The position numbers were made by a program, and so were the translations under genes. Shown one piece after another: positions 39,706 through 50,363 of a stretch of 64,000 nucleotides of DNA (position 1 is its first letter; each line of letters starts with the position of its first letter). Below the pieces are notes generated by a model. The model was not told the origin of the DNA, did no database searches, and saw only the letters and a list, made by a program, of their open reading frames with translations. Origin of the DNA: Alphaproteobacteria bacterium (GTDB lineage: Bacteria; Pseudomonadota; Alphaproteobacteria; JAJFIK01); the NCBI GenBank assembly GCA_028280665.1, contig JANQLJ010000133.1, forward strand, positions 9,901 through 73,900, in the 5' to 3' direction.

Positions 39706-41132
39706 GCCGGTTCAACTTCAACACAAAAGCCAAAGCGCTTTTCGCAAGCATCGCGCTGGGGCTTATGATCGCCCCTCCGGCCGTAGCCCTGGAGAACCAG
39801 ATGTTCGTGACCATTCACGAAGCCGGTTCCGGGCACATGGCGCGTATGATCACCATACCGCACAACAAGTCGGTAATCGTCGAGTTGCCGGTGGACGCGG
39901 CCGACATTCTGGTCACCAACCCGGAAATCGTCGACGCCATCGTTCGGACCCCGCGCCGCACCTATCTGATGGGCAAGGCCGTGGGCCAAACAAACGCGTT
40001 CTTCTTCGATGCGCGGGGCCGGCAATTGCTGGATCTCGAAATCCAGGTGGAACGCGATCTCACCCCGCTCAATAATCTTTATGCGGAGCTGCTGCCCGAT
40101 GCACGCATTCAAGTGGACGCCATCAACGACAACCTGGTGCTGACCGGGTTCGTGCCCAACGCGGTCGCCGCCGATCAGGCGCGCGATCTGGCGGGCCGTT
40201 TTGTCGGCAACCCGGACTCGGTCCTGAACATGCTCAGCATCGAAGCCAATGAGCAGGTTCAGCTTCAGGTCCGCGTTGTGGAAATGCAGCGCAGCCTGGC
40301 GCGTCAATTGGGCGTGGACCTTGCCGCGTCGTTTAGCGCCGGCAACGTCGCCTTCTCGCCGGTCACGTCCAATCCGTTTTCGGTGGCGGGCTCCATTTTG
40401 GGCGGCCTGGGCACTCCCGCATCGCCGGACCGGACGTTCCGCTGGTCGTCGAACGGGGATTATCTTGATGGCTCGCTGCGCGCCTTTGAGCGCAACGGGT
40501 TGATCCGTACCCTGGCCGAACCGAACTTGACCGCCATCTCAGGGGAAAGCGCAAACTTCCTCGCCGGTGGTGAGTTCCCGGTTGCCACGGGCCGCGATTC
40601 CGAAGGCAACGCGACCATCGAGTTCAAGCCCTTCGGTGTCGGCCTTGGCTTTACCCCGGTGGTGCTCGACGAGGGCCGCATTTCGCTGCATATCAACACC
40701 GAAGTGTCGGACCTTTCGACCGACGGTGCCTTGCAGATCAACGATCTGGCGACCATTCCGGGCCTCACGGTGCGGCGCGCGGAAACTACGGTCGAGCTGC
40801 CTTCGGGCGGCAGCCTGGTGATCGCGGGCCTTCTGCAGGACTCAACCCGCCGCAACATGGACGGCGTCCCCTTTGTGAAGGACACGCCCGTGCTTGGCGC
40901 GCTGTTCCGGTCAGAGGACTACCAGAACGATGAGACCGAACTGGTGATCATCGTAACGCCCTACCTCGTTGACCCCACGGCGATGAGCGAGCTTGCCACG
41001 CCGGATCTCGGCTACGTGCCGGCAAATCCCGTTGACTCAACGTTCCTGGGCCGCCTGAACGCCACCTATGCGGTGGGTGAAGGGGCCGAGGGCCGCCGTC
41101 TTCAAGGTCCCGTTGGATACATTGTGGAGTAA
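39702..41132 (+). CDS. cpaC: Tad secretin CpaC/RcpA (type II/III secretion system secretin family)
   Basis: Secretin C-domain motifs ...VRRAETTVELPSGGSLVIAGLLQD...VPFVKDTPVLGALFRS...LVIIVTPYLV. Confidence 0.85.
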   Translation: MSRFNFNTKAKALFASIALGLMIAPPAVALENQMFVTIHEAGSGHMARMITIPHNKSVIVELPVDAADILVTNPEIVDAIVRTPRRTYLMGKAVGQTNAFFFDARGRQLLDLEIQVERDLTPLNNLYAELLPDARIQVDAINDNLVLTGFVPNAVAADQARDLAGRFVGNPDSVLNMLSIEANEQVQLQVRVVEMQRSLARQLGVDLAASFSAGNVAFSPVTSNPFSVAGSILGGLGTPASPDRTFRWSSNGDYLDGSLRAFERNGLIRTLAEPNLTAISGESANFLAGGEFPVATGRDSEGNATIEFKPFGVGLGFTPVVLDEGRISLHINTEVSDLSTDGALQINDLATIPGLTVRRAETTVELPSGGSLVIAGLLQDSTRRNMDGVPFVKDTPVLGALFRSEDYQNDETELVIIVTPYLVDPTAMSELATPDLGYVPANPVDSTFLGRLNATYAVGEGAEGRRLQGPVGYIVE

Positions 41133-41136
41133 GGCC

Positions 41137-41835
41137 ATGACTAAGATGAAACACATCGCGCTGAGCGCAACCTGCATCGCCTTGGCCGCAATGGCGGGCT
41201 GCGGGACCATGCGTGGAACGACGGATCCCAACCTGATCATGCAGTACGAGGAACGTCACCCCATCACCGTGCGGGCGACCGAGGCGGAAATGCAAATCTC
41301 GGTCAATCCGCAATCAGTGGCGCTGTTGCGGGTCGATGAGACGCGCCTGCGTGCCTTTGCGGCGGCTTACCGCACGCGCGGTCACGGGCCCATGGTCATC
41401 ATGGTGCCGTCGGAAACGCCGAACGCCATGGCGGCAACGCAAGTGATGGCCGATGTTCACGCGGTGCTAACCGAAGAAGGCCTGCACCCCGATGATGTGG
41501 CCTCGCAGGCCTATCACACGAACGAAAACCCGGCCTGGGCGCCGCTCGTGCTCAGCTTCCGGCGTTATCAGGCCGAAGCCGCGCCTTGCGGCGATTGGAG
41601 CGAAAGCTACACCCGCCGCTACAACGGCAATCCGACGCCCAACTGGGGCTGCGCCACGCAAAACAATCTGGCGGCCATGGTGTCCGAGCCGGCCGACCTG
41701 GTTGGCCCGCGGGACATGACCCCGGCAAACGCCGCGCAGCGGTCGGAAATGCTCGGCCGCTACCGCAGCGGGCGCGATACCAACACCGTTCGTTCAGGTG
41801 CGGATGACGCATCTGTTGCAGAAGACGTTCAGTAG
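41137..41835 (+). CDS. cpaD: pilus assembly lipoprotein CpaD
   Basis: Lipobox LAAMAGCG at residue ~20. Size and operon position match CpaD. Track start 41068 rejected. Confidence 0.6.
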   Translation: MTKMKHIALSATCIALAAMAGCGTMRGTTDPNLIMQYEERHPITVRATEAEMQISVNPQSVALLRVDETRLRAFAAAYRTRGHGPMVIMVPSETPNAMAATQVMADVHAVLTEEGLHPDDVASQAYHTNENPAWAPLVLSFRRYQAEAAPCGDWSESYTRRYNGNPTPNWGCATQNNLAAMVSEPADLVGPRDMTPANAAQRSEMLGRYRSGRDTNTVRSGADDASVAEDVQ

Positions 41836-41843
41836 TCAGAGGA

Positions 41844-43187
41844 GTGGCTGAGATGGCCGAACAAGCAGAAAATCTGACACCGGAAGAAGAAGACGGCGTT
41901 AGCGACGAAGGTAGTGTGGCGGAGCGCGCTGCTTCGCTGACCGCCGAGGTGGCGGGGCCCGTGGAACAACCGCGCACTGAAACTGTGCAGGTGCGTCCGG
42001 TTCCGCGGATCAGCATCGATTGCTTCTGCGATAACCCGGATACCGGATCGACGATCCAGCGGGCCGCTGAAGACCGCCGGCTCGCACGGACGCACACCAC
42101 CATCTACATGGGCGGTATCGACGCGGCCATCGAGCATTACAGCAGCCGCGCCACGCCGAACCTGATCGTGGTTGAAGACCTTGACGCCACGACGGACATT
42201 TTGAACGGGCTGGAGCGGCTTGCGGAAAGCTGCGACGCCTCGACCAAGGTGATCGTCATCGGGTCGAACAATGACATCGCGCTCTATCGGGAGCTGATGC
42301 GCGCGGGCGTGAGCGATTACCTGATCACACCGTTTTCGCCGCTTCAGTTCATCGAATCGGTGTCCTCGCTTTATGTGGACCCCAACGCGGGGCCGATCGG
42401 CAAGGTCATCGTCTTTGCCGGAACCAAAGGCGGCGCGGGCGCGAGCACTGTTGCGCACAATGTGGGCTGGCTGATCTCCGAGGAAGTCGAAGACGACGTC
42501 ACCATCGTTGACTTCGATGTTGCCTTCGGCACCGCGGGTCTCGACTTCAATCAAGAGCCTTTGCAAGGCGTCTCCGACGCCCTCGCCTCGCCCGAACGTC
42601 TCGACGACGTGCTTTTGGACCGTCTGCTCGCCAAGTGCACGGACCATCTGAACGTGCTTGCGGCGCCTGCAGCCCTCGACCGCGAGATGGATCTCGATCC
42701 GGGCGCCTATGAGTCGGTGCTTGATGTGGTGCGCCAGTCGTGCCCCGTGGTGATTGTCGACCTGCCCCACGTGTGGTCGGCCTGGTCCCGGCAAGTGCTG
42801 GTGGCCGCCGATGAAGTGGTGCTGGTGACCTCGCCGGATCTGGCGGGCCTGCGCAACACCAAAAACCTTGCGGACCTGCTGGTGCTGGCCCGCCCCAATG
42901 ACGCGCCGCCGCGGATCGTTTTGAACCAATGCGGTTTGCCGAAGCGTCCGGAGATCACCTCCAAGGATTTCGCAGACGCCGTTGGCCGCGACATTTCAGC
43001 GGCCGTTCCGTTCGATGCCATGTTGTTCGGTACGGCTGCCAATAACGGCCAAATGATCGGCGAGTTAAAAGCCGACGGAAAGCCGACCGAAGAACTGCGT
43101 GAACTCGCACAGCAACTCACAGGCCGTAAGGTTCCAGGAAAACAAAAGAAAAACGTCCTGACCAGACTCGTGGGTAGAAAGGGCTAA
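41844..43187 (+). CDS. cpaE: CpaE: REC-like N-domain + ParA/MinD-type ATPase
   Basis: Deviant Walker A VIVFAGTKGGAGASTVAHN; N-terminal receiver-like domain. Confidence 0.8.
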   Translation: MAEMAEQAENLTPEEEDGVSDEGSVAERAASLTAEVAGPVEQPRTETVQVRPVPRISIDCFCDNPDTGSTIQRAAEDRRLARTHTTIYMGGIDAAIEHYSSRATPNLIVVEDLDATTDILNGLERLAESCDASTKVIVIGSNNDIALYRELMRAGVSDYLITPFSPLQFIESVSSLYVDPNAGPIGKVIVFAGTKGGAGASTVAHNVGWLISEEVEDDVTIVDFDVAFGTAGLDFNQEPLQGVSDALASPERLDDVLLDRLLAKCTDHLNVLAAPAALDREMDLDPGAYESVLDVVRQSCPVVIVDLPHVWSAWSRQVLVAADEVVLVTSPDLAGLRNTKNLADLLVLARPNDAPPRIVLNQCGLPKRPEITSKDFADAVGRDISAAVPFDAMLFGTAANNGQMIGELKADGKPTEELRELAQQLTGRKVPGKQKKNVLTRLVGRKG

Positions 43188-43188
43188 G

Positions 43189-44646
43189 GTGTTTGGGAAA
43201 CGGGGACAAGGTGCGCCGCAAACCGTAACCGCCGATGCCGCCGCCAAGGCGGCCCCGGCGGAGCTTACGGGTGTGTCGGAAGCACCTTCGGAGAACAAGA
43301 AGCCGAAGATGCCGGCTCCGGAAGCGGTCGCCAAGAACGCGCCCAAAAGCGCGTCCGCGGCGACGCGGTCGGACGATTACTATGCTGTCAAGCAATCGAT
43401 CTTCGCCGCACTGATCGACACCATCGATCTGGGCCAGCTTGCCCAACTCGATCAAAAGAGTGCCCGTGACGAAATTCGCGACATCGTCACCGAGATCATT
43501 CAGCTCAAGAATGTCGTCATGTCCATCTCCGAGCAGGAAAACCTGCTTGAGGACATCTGTAATGACGTGCTGGGCTATGGCCCGCTCGAGCCACTGCTGG
43601 CGCGGGACGACATCGCGGACATTATGGTCAATGGCGCGGGCCGCGTCTTTATCGAAGTGGAAGGCAAGGTCGAGCTGACCCCCATCCGCTTCCGCGACAA
43701 CACGCAGCTTATGAATATCTGCCAGCGGATCGTGAGCCAGGTGGGCCGCCGCGTCGATGAATCGGCGCCGATCTGTGACGCCCGCTTGCAGGATGGCAGC
43801 CGCGTCAACGTGATTGCCCCGCCGCTGTCCATCGACGGGCCTTCGCTCACCATCCGGAAGTTCAAGCGCGACAAGCTGACCCTGAAGGACTTCGTCAATT
43901 ACGGCTCCATCAATGAGGCCGGGGCGGATATCCTGGGCATTATGGGCGCGTCGCGCTGCAACGTTCTGATTTCCGGCGGAACCGGTTCCGGTAAGACGAC
44001 GCTTCTGAACTGCATGACCGGGTTTATCGACGTCACCGAGCGGATCATCACCTGCGAGGACGCCGCCGAGCTGCAGCTGCAACAGCCCCACGTGGTGCGC
44101 CTTGAAACCCGTCCGCCCAACATCGAAGGGTTCGGCGAGATCACCATGCGGGACCTTGTGCGGAACTGCCTGCGGATGCGGCCTGAGCGCATTGTGGTGG
44201 GCGAGGTGCGCGGACCGGAGGCCTTTGACCTGCTGCAGGCCATGAATACTGGCCATGACGGTTCCATGGGCACGCTGCACGCGAACTCACCCCGCGAGGC
44301 CATGTCGCGCCTTGAAAGCATGATCACCATGGGCGGGTTCAACCTGCCCTCCAAGACCATCCGCGAAATGATCTGCGGGTCAATCGACGTGATCATCCAA
44401 GCCGAACGCATGCGCGACGGCTCGCGCCGCATTACCCACATCACCGAGGTGCTAGGCCAGGAAGGCGACGTGATCATTACGCAAGACCTTATGCTCTATG
44501 AGCTGGAGGGCGAGGATAACGGCAAAATCCGCGGCCATCACCGCGGCACCGGGATCGCCCGCCCTGCGTTCTGGGACCGGGCCCGTTACTTCAATCTCCA
44601 TGGCAAACTGGCAAATGCGCTTGACCGGTTGAACGAGGAGTTCTGA
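43189..44646 (+). CDS. cpaF: CpaF/TadA secretion ATPase (type II/IV secretion NTPase)
   Basis: Walker A ISGGTGSGKTTLLN; Asp box and His box (TMGG...) typical of TadA/VirB11. Confidence 0.9.
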   Translation: MFGKRGQGAPQTVTADAAAKAAPAELTGVSEAPSENKKPKMPAPEAVAKNAPKSASAATRSDDYYAVKQSIFAALIDTIDLGQLAQLDQKSARDEIRDIVTEIIQLKNVVMSISEQENLLEDICNDVLGYGPLEPLLARDDIADIMVNGAGRVFIEVEGKVELTPIRFRDNTQLMNICQRIVSQVGRRVDESAPICDARLQDGSRVNVIAPPLSIDGPSLTIRKFKRDKLTLKDFVNYGSINEAGADILGIMGASRCNVLISGGTGSGKTTLLNCMTGFIDVTERIITCEDAAELQLQQPHVVRLETRPPNIEGFGEITMRDLVRNCLRMRPERIVVGEVRGPEAFDLLQAMNTGHDGSMGTLHANSPREAMSRLESMITMGGFNLPSKTIREMICGSIDVIIQAERMRDGSRRITHITEVLGQEGDVIITQDLMLYELEGEDNGKIRGHHRGTGIARPAFWDRARYFNLHGKLANALDRLNEEF

Positions 44647-44651
44647 CGTTC

Positions 44652-45641
44652 ATGTCTTCAACGGTAATCCTGATCCTATTGCCCATCCTTGCGCTGGTGA
44701 CCGTGGCGGGCGTCGGCTATGCCTTTGTGGGCACGAGCAACACCAACGCCGTAGCAAAGAAGCGCTTCCAGAACATCAAGCAGGGCACGGCGGCTTCCAC
44801 GCGGGAATCAAATGCCCAGCAAAAGGAACGCGACCGGCGCAAGACGGTTCAAAAAACGCTTAAAGAGCTGGAAGAGCGGCAAAAGGAAGAGCGGGCAAGA
44901 ATCTCCCTGCGCACGCGCATTGAGCAAGCGGGCCTTAAGTTCTCTCCTCTTGTGTTCTGGCTCGGCTCGGGCGCCTTTGGCATCATCGGCTACTTCTCTC
45001 TTGCCATGAGCGGTCTTCATTGGACCGTTGCCATTGCCGGCGCGCTTGCGGCGGCGTTCGGTTTGCCGCGCTGGCTGCTCGGCTATCTCAGAACCCGCCG
45101 TCAAAAGGTGTTTTTGCTCGAGTTCGCAAACGCGCTCGATGTGATTGTTCGCGGCGTGAAGGCCGGTCTGCCGCTTTCGGAATGCCTCAACATCGTCGCC
45201 CGCGAAAGCCCCGACCCGGTCGGCGGCGAGTTCCGCCGGGTTGTGGAAGGCGCCCGCGTCGGCGTCACGCTGGAAGAAGGCCTGATGGGCATGTACGAGC
45301 GCATGCCGGTGCCGGAAGTGAACTTTTTCGTCATTGTGCTGGCGATCCAGCAAAAGTCGGGCGGTAATCTCTCCGAGGCGCTGGGTAACCTTTCGAATGT
45401 CTTGCGCGAACGCAAACTGATGCGCGGCAAGATTCAAGCCATGTCGTCGGAAGCAAAAGCGTCGGCGGGCATTATCGGCTCGCTGCCGCCGGGCGTGATG
45501 GCGCTCATCTATGTTTCGACGCCGTCTTACATCACCGTCCTGTTCAATGAGCAGATCGGCAACATCATCCTGATTGCGGGCGCTTGCTGGATGGCGCTGG
45601 GCATTCTGGTGATGAAGAAGATGATCAACTTCGACTTCTAG
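44652..45641 (+). CDS. tadB: TadB (type II secretion system F-domain inner membrane platform protein)
   Basis: GspF-like domain with three TM segments; operon position after cpaF. Confidence 0.75.
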   Translation: MSSTVILILLPILALVTVAGVGYAFVGTSNTNAVAKKRFQNIKQGTAASTRESNAQQKERDRRKTVQKTLKELEERQKEERARISLRTRIEQAGLKFSPLVFWLGSGAFGIIGYFSLAMSGLHWTVAIAGALAAAFGLPRWLLGYLRTRRQKVFLLEFANALDVIVRGVKAGLPLSECLNIVARESPDPVGGEFRRVVEGARVGVTLEEGLMGMYERMPVPEVNFFVIVLAIQQKSGGNLSEALGNLSNVLRERKLMRGKIQAMSSEAKASAGIIGSLPPGVMALIYVSTPSYITVLFNEQIGNIILIAGACWMALGILVMKKMINFDF

Positions 45642-45658
45642 GCTGGGGCGGACGAACT

Positions 45659-46633
45659 ATGTATGGCATCATTCAACTTCTGACGGACCCTGAGTTCTAC
45701 GCCGTTTTGTTCACGGCGGCGGCCGTGTTCGCCACGGTGCTGACCTTCACCCTGCCGCTTTTTCAAGGCAACAGGCTGAACGCGCGGCTCAAGTCCGTTG
45801 CGTCGCGGCGCGAGGAACTGCGCCTTAAAAGCCGTGAGGCGCTTATGAACGCCGAGCGCAAGAGAAGCATTCGCATGAACAGCGAAGGCCTTCGCGAACA
45901 ACTGGCCGACCGGATCAATCTTGAGAAACTGATGGACGCGCCGGGCACGCGCAAAACCCTCGCCATGGCGGGGCTGCGCGGGCAAGGGCCATACATCACC
46001 TACCTGTTCATACGGCTGGTGGGTCCGATCATCCTGGCCGCGGTCGGCGCGCTTTATTCTTTCGTGCTGGTGCAAACCGAGATGTTGCCGGTGGTCAAGT
46101 TCGCCATCCCGCTGGGAACCTTTGCCGCCGGATACTATCTGCCGACCATTATTCTGCGGAACATGGTGGAACGGCGCCAGCAATCGATCCAGCGCGCCTT
46201 TCCTGACGCGCTCGACCTTCTGCTCATTTGCGTTGAGTCGGGCATGTCCATCGAAGCCGGGTTCAGCCGCGTGGCGGCGGAAGTGGGCACCCAATCGCCG
46301 GAACTGGCCGAAGAAATGGGTCTGGTAACGGCGGAGTTGTCATTCCTGCAAGACCGCAGCCAGGCTTATGAGAACCTTGCTCAGCGCACGGACTTGCCGG
46401 GCGTGAAAGCAGTGACCACGTCGCTTATTCAGGCCGAACGGTACGGAACGCCCATCGGCCAAGCGCTGCGCGTCATGGCCGATGAAAACCGCGCCATGCG
46501 CATGCAGGTCGCCGAGAAGAAAGCGGCCGCCCTGCCCGCACAGTTGACCGTGCCCATGATCGTCTTCTTCCTGCCGGTCCTGTTCCTGGTCATCCTGGGA
46601 CCGGCGGCGATCCGTTTCTTCGACACCCAGTAA
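45659..46633 (+). CDS. tadC: TadC (type II secretion system F-domain platform protein)
   Basis: GspF-like; start chosen at MYGIIQLLTDPEFYAVLF (45659) rather than the track's 45584, which overlaps tadB. Confidence 0.7.
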   Translation: MYGIIQLLTDPEFYAVLFTAAAVFATVLTFTLPLFQGNRLNARLKSVASRREELRLKSREALMNAERKRSIRMNSEGLREQLADRINLEKLMDAPGTRKTLAMAGLRGQGPYITYLFIRLVGPIILAAVGALYSFVLVQTEMLPVVKFAIPLGTFAAGYYLPTIILRNMVERRQQSIQRAFPDALDLLLICVESGMSIEAGFSRVAAEVGTQSPELAEEMGLVTAELSFLQDRSQAYENLAQRTDLPGVKAVTTSLIQAERYGTPIGQALRVMADENRAMRMQVAEKKAAALPAQLTVPMIVFFLPVLFLVILGPAAIRFFDTQ

Positions 46634-46653
46634 ACGGACCAACACGTCACAAA

Positions 46654-46696
46654 GAAAAGGCGCCGCTCTTTTATCTGGAGCGGCGCCTTTTTTGTT
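46654..46696. terminator. bidirectional rho-independent terminator
   Basis: aaaa-GGCGCCGCTC-ttttatctg-GAGCGGCGCC-tttttt between convergent tadC and the TPR lipoprotein gene. Confidence 0.6.
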
Positions 46697-46714
46697 CGTA
46701 GATGATTTTGGAAG

Positions 46715-47551
46715 TTAGGGCGTGGCCTCTTCGCCGCCAGCATCTTCGTTGCCCGCGTCTTCGCCGTCTTCCAGTTCGTTCCAAGCCGAAGGCTGAGTCA
46801 GCATGGCCCGGTAATAAGCCACGTTGTTTTCCACCGCTTCGGGGGGAAGATCGGCGCGGGAAACGCGCCCCGCCTCGTCGAACTTTCCTTGAACGCCGAG
46901 CACCAGCGCCAGGTTCTGCCGCATCTGCATGGTGGCGCCGGGCTCCGCGACCGCCGCTCTCAACAGCATTTCCGCGCCTTCCGGATCGCCCGCAAGGGCG
47001 CGCGAGAGCCCATAATTGTTGAGCACGTTGGGATTGTTGGGAGAGGCAGCCAATGCCCGTTCATAGCTCTGGGTCGCATTGGCAAAATCACCAACTTGAT
47101 CGTAGGCAACGCCTTCAAGGGAATGAAGCTCCCAGTTATCAGGCTCGCGGGAAATCGCCTGTGCGATGGGCCCAAGCGCGTCCCCCCCTTGCCGCGCCGA
47201 TAGCATCACGCGCGAATACTCGGTCAGAACGCCCACGTCGCTGGGGTGTTCCAGCATCGTGCGGGCCATGAGCGATCCTGCTTCGTTGAGCGATCCCATG
47301 CCGCGCAAGGCCTTGGAAAACCGCACCGCCAGATCGCTGTTTCCCGGATTGGCTTCGTAGCGCGCACCCCAATAGGTCGCCTGGGAAACCGGGTCATCGC
47401 CAAGGGGCGCATCCGGCAGGTCATTGACCATCGAGCGGGCGGGCGAGGCGCCCGCGGCGCTTCCCGTGCCCGTGGTCTCGCACCCCGCAAGCGCCGCGGC
47501 GGCAATGAGCGCGATCACGGAAACCGGCCTTTTGAATGACATGGCGGGCAT
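46715..47551 (-). CDS. TPR-repeat lipoprotein, TadD-like
   Basis: Lipoprotein signal ...VIALIAAAALAGCET. Multiple TPR-like A/L/Y-rich repeats; adjacent to the tad operon. Confidence 0.6.
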   Translation of the reverse strand: MPAMSFKRPVSVIALIAAAALAGCETTGTGSAAGASPARSMVNDLPDAPLGDDPVSQATYWGARYEANPGNSDLAVRFSKALRGMGSLNEAGSLMARTMLEHPSDVGVLTEYSRVMLSARQGGDALGPIAQAISREPDNWELHSLEGVAYDQVGDFANATQSYERALAASPNNPNVLNNYGLSRALAGDPEGAEMLLRAAVAEPGATMQMRQNLALVLGVQGKFDEAGRVSRADLPPEAVENNVAYYRAMLTQPSAWNELEDGEDAGNEDAGGEEATP

Positions 47552-47708
47552 GGTGAGCCGTCCTCCTTCAAGGGCTGTCGAGAAGATTCGTTGGCAAAGT
47601 CTCACAGCGCCGTCTCAAGAAATTCTTAACCGCTTGGGGCCGCAGCCACCCTGGGGTTTGCGGCCGCGATCACCTTTTCAGGGCCCGCGCAATGGGTATA
47701 GTCGGACC

Positions 47709-48824
47709 ATGAAGCTCCAATCCGGTGGCGCGTGGCAGTGGTTTTTTGCCCTGACAAGGGGGTTCCGCGCTTGGCTGCAGGGCCCCAGCGGATTGGTGGT
47801 GGCGGTGGGCAGCGTCGTAACCGGGGCGGCTGCGCTGCTGGCCGGAGTTTTCTGGATCACCGCACAGCCGTCTGACGATTCTCTCGACATTGCGGAAGGC
47901 GTTTTCTTCGAGATCGCCACCGGCTCGGTCACCGGGACGTACTACCCCTTGGGCAATGTGATTGCGTCGATCATCGCCCACCCGGCGGGTTCGGTGCGTT
48001 GCGAGGAAGAAACCCGCTGCGGCCCCCCCGGCCTAACTCCCGCGGTGCAGGCGGCGGAAGGGTCGGTCAGCAACATCGAAGCGGTGCATGACGGGCTGTC
48101 CGCAAGCGCGTTCGCCCAGTCCGATGTGGTCAGCCAGGCCTATAATGGCGAGCCCCCCTTCGAGACGCCGTACACGGACCTTCGCGCGGTTTCCGGGCTC
48201 TATGGCGAGTCGCTTCATTTCGTGGTCATGCGCGGCTCGCAGATTGAATCAATTGATGATTTGCGCGGCCGCCGCGTTTCCATCGACCGGCGCGGGTCCG
48301 GCACTTACGGCGTGGCGACACGGGTGCTTTCCGCCTTCGGCCTTTCCGAAGCGAACACAACCCTCGTCCACGAAAGCGCGGAACAGGCAGCCGAGATGCT
48401 CTTGGCGCGGGAGATCGACGCATTTTTCTACGTGGCCGGAACCCCCGTGCGCGCGGTGCAAGACCTCACCAATCTCAATCTTGTCGATCTTGTTCCCGTT
48501 GAAGGGCCGGAAGTAAACGGGTTGATCGCCCGCGAGCCTTATCTCACCGCGGCGGTCATTCCAGACGAGACCTATCTCGACATCCCGGAAGTGCGCACGA
48601 TCGGGGTCACCGCCTTGTGGATCGTCCGCGACGATGCACCGTTTGAGCTGGTGTACCAGGTCACGCGGGCGCTTTGGAACCCGGACAACCGGCCGCTTCT
48701 CGAAGCAGGACCCGAACAGGCGCGCTTCCTGGGCCCGCGCGACGCCATTGAAGGCGTCCCCATCCCTTTTCATCGCGGGGCGGAACAATACTATCTTGAA
48801 GCAGGACTGCTGACCGAAGACTAG
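47709..48824 (+). CDS. TAXI-family TRAP transporter solute receptor
   Basis: Start MKLQSGGAWQWFFALT; ...ATGSVTGTYYPLGNVIA... matches the TAXI N-terminal signature. Track start 47424 is an antisense overlap with the TPR gene. Confidence 0.65.
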   Translation: MKLQSGGAWQWFFALTRGFRAWLQGPSGLVVAVGSVVTGAAALLAGVFWITAQPSDDSLDIAEGVFFEIATGSVTGTYYPLGNVIASIIAHPAGSVRCEEETRCGPPGLTPAVQAAEGSVSNIEAVHDGLSASAFAQSDVVSQAYNGEPPFETPYTDLRAVSGLYGESLHFVVMRGSQIESIDDLRGRRVSIDRRGSGTYGVATRVLSAFGLSEANTTLVHESAEQAAEMLLAREIDAFFYVAGTPVRAVQDLTNLNLVDLVPVEGPEVNGLIAREPYLTAAVIPDETYLDIPEVRTIGVTALWIVRDDAPFELVYQVTRALWNPDNRPLLEAGPEQARFLGPRDAIEGVPIPFHRGAEQYYLEAGLLTED

Positions 48825-48879
48825 CCCGCCCGAATCGGGATTTCATTGACCCCATGCCGCAAGCGAAAGGAGCTGCGAG

Positions 48880-50322
48880 GTGTCCGACCGTCTTACGACC
48901 CGCCCCGGCAAGAGTGCCATTTCCGTCCGGCCCGTGCTGGCGAAGGACCTCAGCAAAACCCTGAACGCACTGCCGGCGAACGACGCCCATTGGGCCAAGG
49001 CGGGCGGCTTTGCCGCGCGCGCGGGCAAGATCCTCGCCCTTCCCCGCAGCAAGGGCGAAATCGGCGGTTACCTGTTCGGCCTCGGCAAAGGCGAAGAGCC
49101 CTTCGCCGCGGCAACACTTGCCGAAAAACTTCCCCCCGGCACCTATTGGCTGACCGGGCCGGTGCCGCCCGCAAGCGAACTTGAAACCGCCTTTGCCTGG
49201 GCCATCGGTGGATACCGCTTCGGCCGCTACACCAAGAAAAAGCCCCCGCGCGCGAAGCTGGTCGTCTCAAGCAAAGAGATTGCCGAGGAAGCCGGGCGTA
49301 TCGCCCGCGCGGTGAGCCTGACCCGCGACCTTATCAACACCCCGGCAAACGATTTGGGTCCCGGGGAACTTGAAGCCGCCGCGCGGGAGCTTGCCAAAGC
49401 TCAAGGTGCCAAGATCACGGTCACCAAAGGCGCGGCGTTGGAAAAGACCTTCCCCATGATCCATGCGGTGGGCAAGGCCTCGACGCGGGCGCCGCGGCTG
49501 ATTGATTTTACCTGGGGCCGGGCAAGCGCGCCCAAGGTAACGCTGGTGGGCAAAGGGGTTTGTTTCGACACCGGTGGGCTTAACCTCAAGCCCGGTTCCA
49601 GCATGGCCATGATGAAAAAGGACATGGGCGGGTCGGCCAATGTCCTGGGTCTTGCGCAACTCATCATGGAAGCGCGCATCGACGTGCGCTTGCGCGTTCT
49701 TATCCCCGCGGTCGAAAACTCCGTTGCGGGCAATGCCTACCGTCCGGGCGATGTCTTGCAGAGCCACAAGGGCCTTACGGTTGAGATCGGCAACACCGAT
49801 GCGGAAGGGCGCCTGGTGCTGGCTGACGCGCTGTCCCTTGGTGACGAAGAAACGCCGGAGCTTATGATCGACCTCGCCACGCTTACGGGCGCGGCGCGCG
49901 TGGCGCTAGGGCCCGAGCTGCCCGCCTTTTACACCGATGATGACGGGTTCGCGCAGGAAGTGATCGCGGCGGGCACGGAGGTTTACGATCCCGTTTGGCG
50001 CATGCCCCTGTGGCAGGGGTATATGCGCGATATCTCAAGCAAGATCGCCGACATCCATCACATCTCGCCAGGGTCCTTTGGCGGCTCGATCACCGCGGCG
50101 CTTTTCCTTTCGCGCTTTGTGGAAAAGGCGAAAACCTTCGCGCATCTCGACATATACGCATGGAACCAGAACGCAAGACCCGGACGGCCCGTTAGCGGCG
50201 AGGCTTGTTCCATTCGCGCGCTTTATCATGTGCTCAAAGCACGTTACGGTATTGCCGCCGCGCCAAAGCCCAAATCAAAGGCTAAGATAAAAAAGAAAAG
50301 CGCAAAGCGACGTAAGAGATAA
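48880..50322 (+). CDS. M17 leucyl aminopeptidase family protein
   Basis: NTDAEGRL motif and VGKGVCFDTGG. GTG start with AAAGGAG Shine-Dalgarno. Confidence 0.8.
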   Translation: MSDRLTTRPGKSAISVRPVLAKDLSKTLNALPANDAHWAKAGGFAARAGKILALPRSKGEIGGYLFGLGKGEEPFAAATLAEKLPPGTYWLTGPVPPASELETAFAWAIGGYRFGRYTKKKPPRAKLVVSSKEIAEEAGRIARAVSLTRDLINTPANDLGPGELEAAARELAKAQGAKITVTKGAALEKTFPMIHAVGKASTRAPRLIDFTWGRASAPKVTLVGKGVCFDTGGLNLKPGSSMAMMKKDMGGSANVLGLAQLIMEARIDVRLRVLIPAVENSVAGNAYRPGDVLQSHKGLTVEIGNTDAEGRLVLADALSLGDEETPELMIDLATLTGAARVALGPELPAFYTDDDGFAQEVIAAGTEVYDPVWRMPLWQGYMRDISSKIADIHHISPGSFGGSITAALFLSRFVEKAKTFAHLDIYAWNQNARPGRPVSGEACSIRALYHVLKARYGIAAAPKPKSKAKIKKKSAKRRKR

Positions 50323-50363
50323 GCCGCCCCCGGGTTCGCGGCGGCAAGGAGTGGAGGCGGAAC

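Noticed and set aside
47424-47708. N-terminal extension of the TAXI receptor ORF
   Set aside because: Overlaps the convergent TPR lipoprotein gene. A signal-peptide-like start is at 47709.
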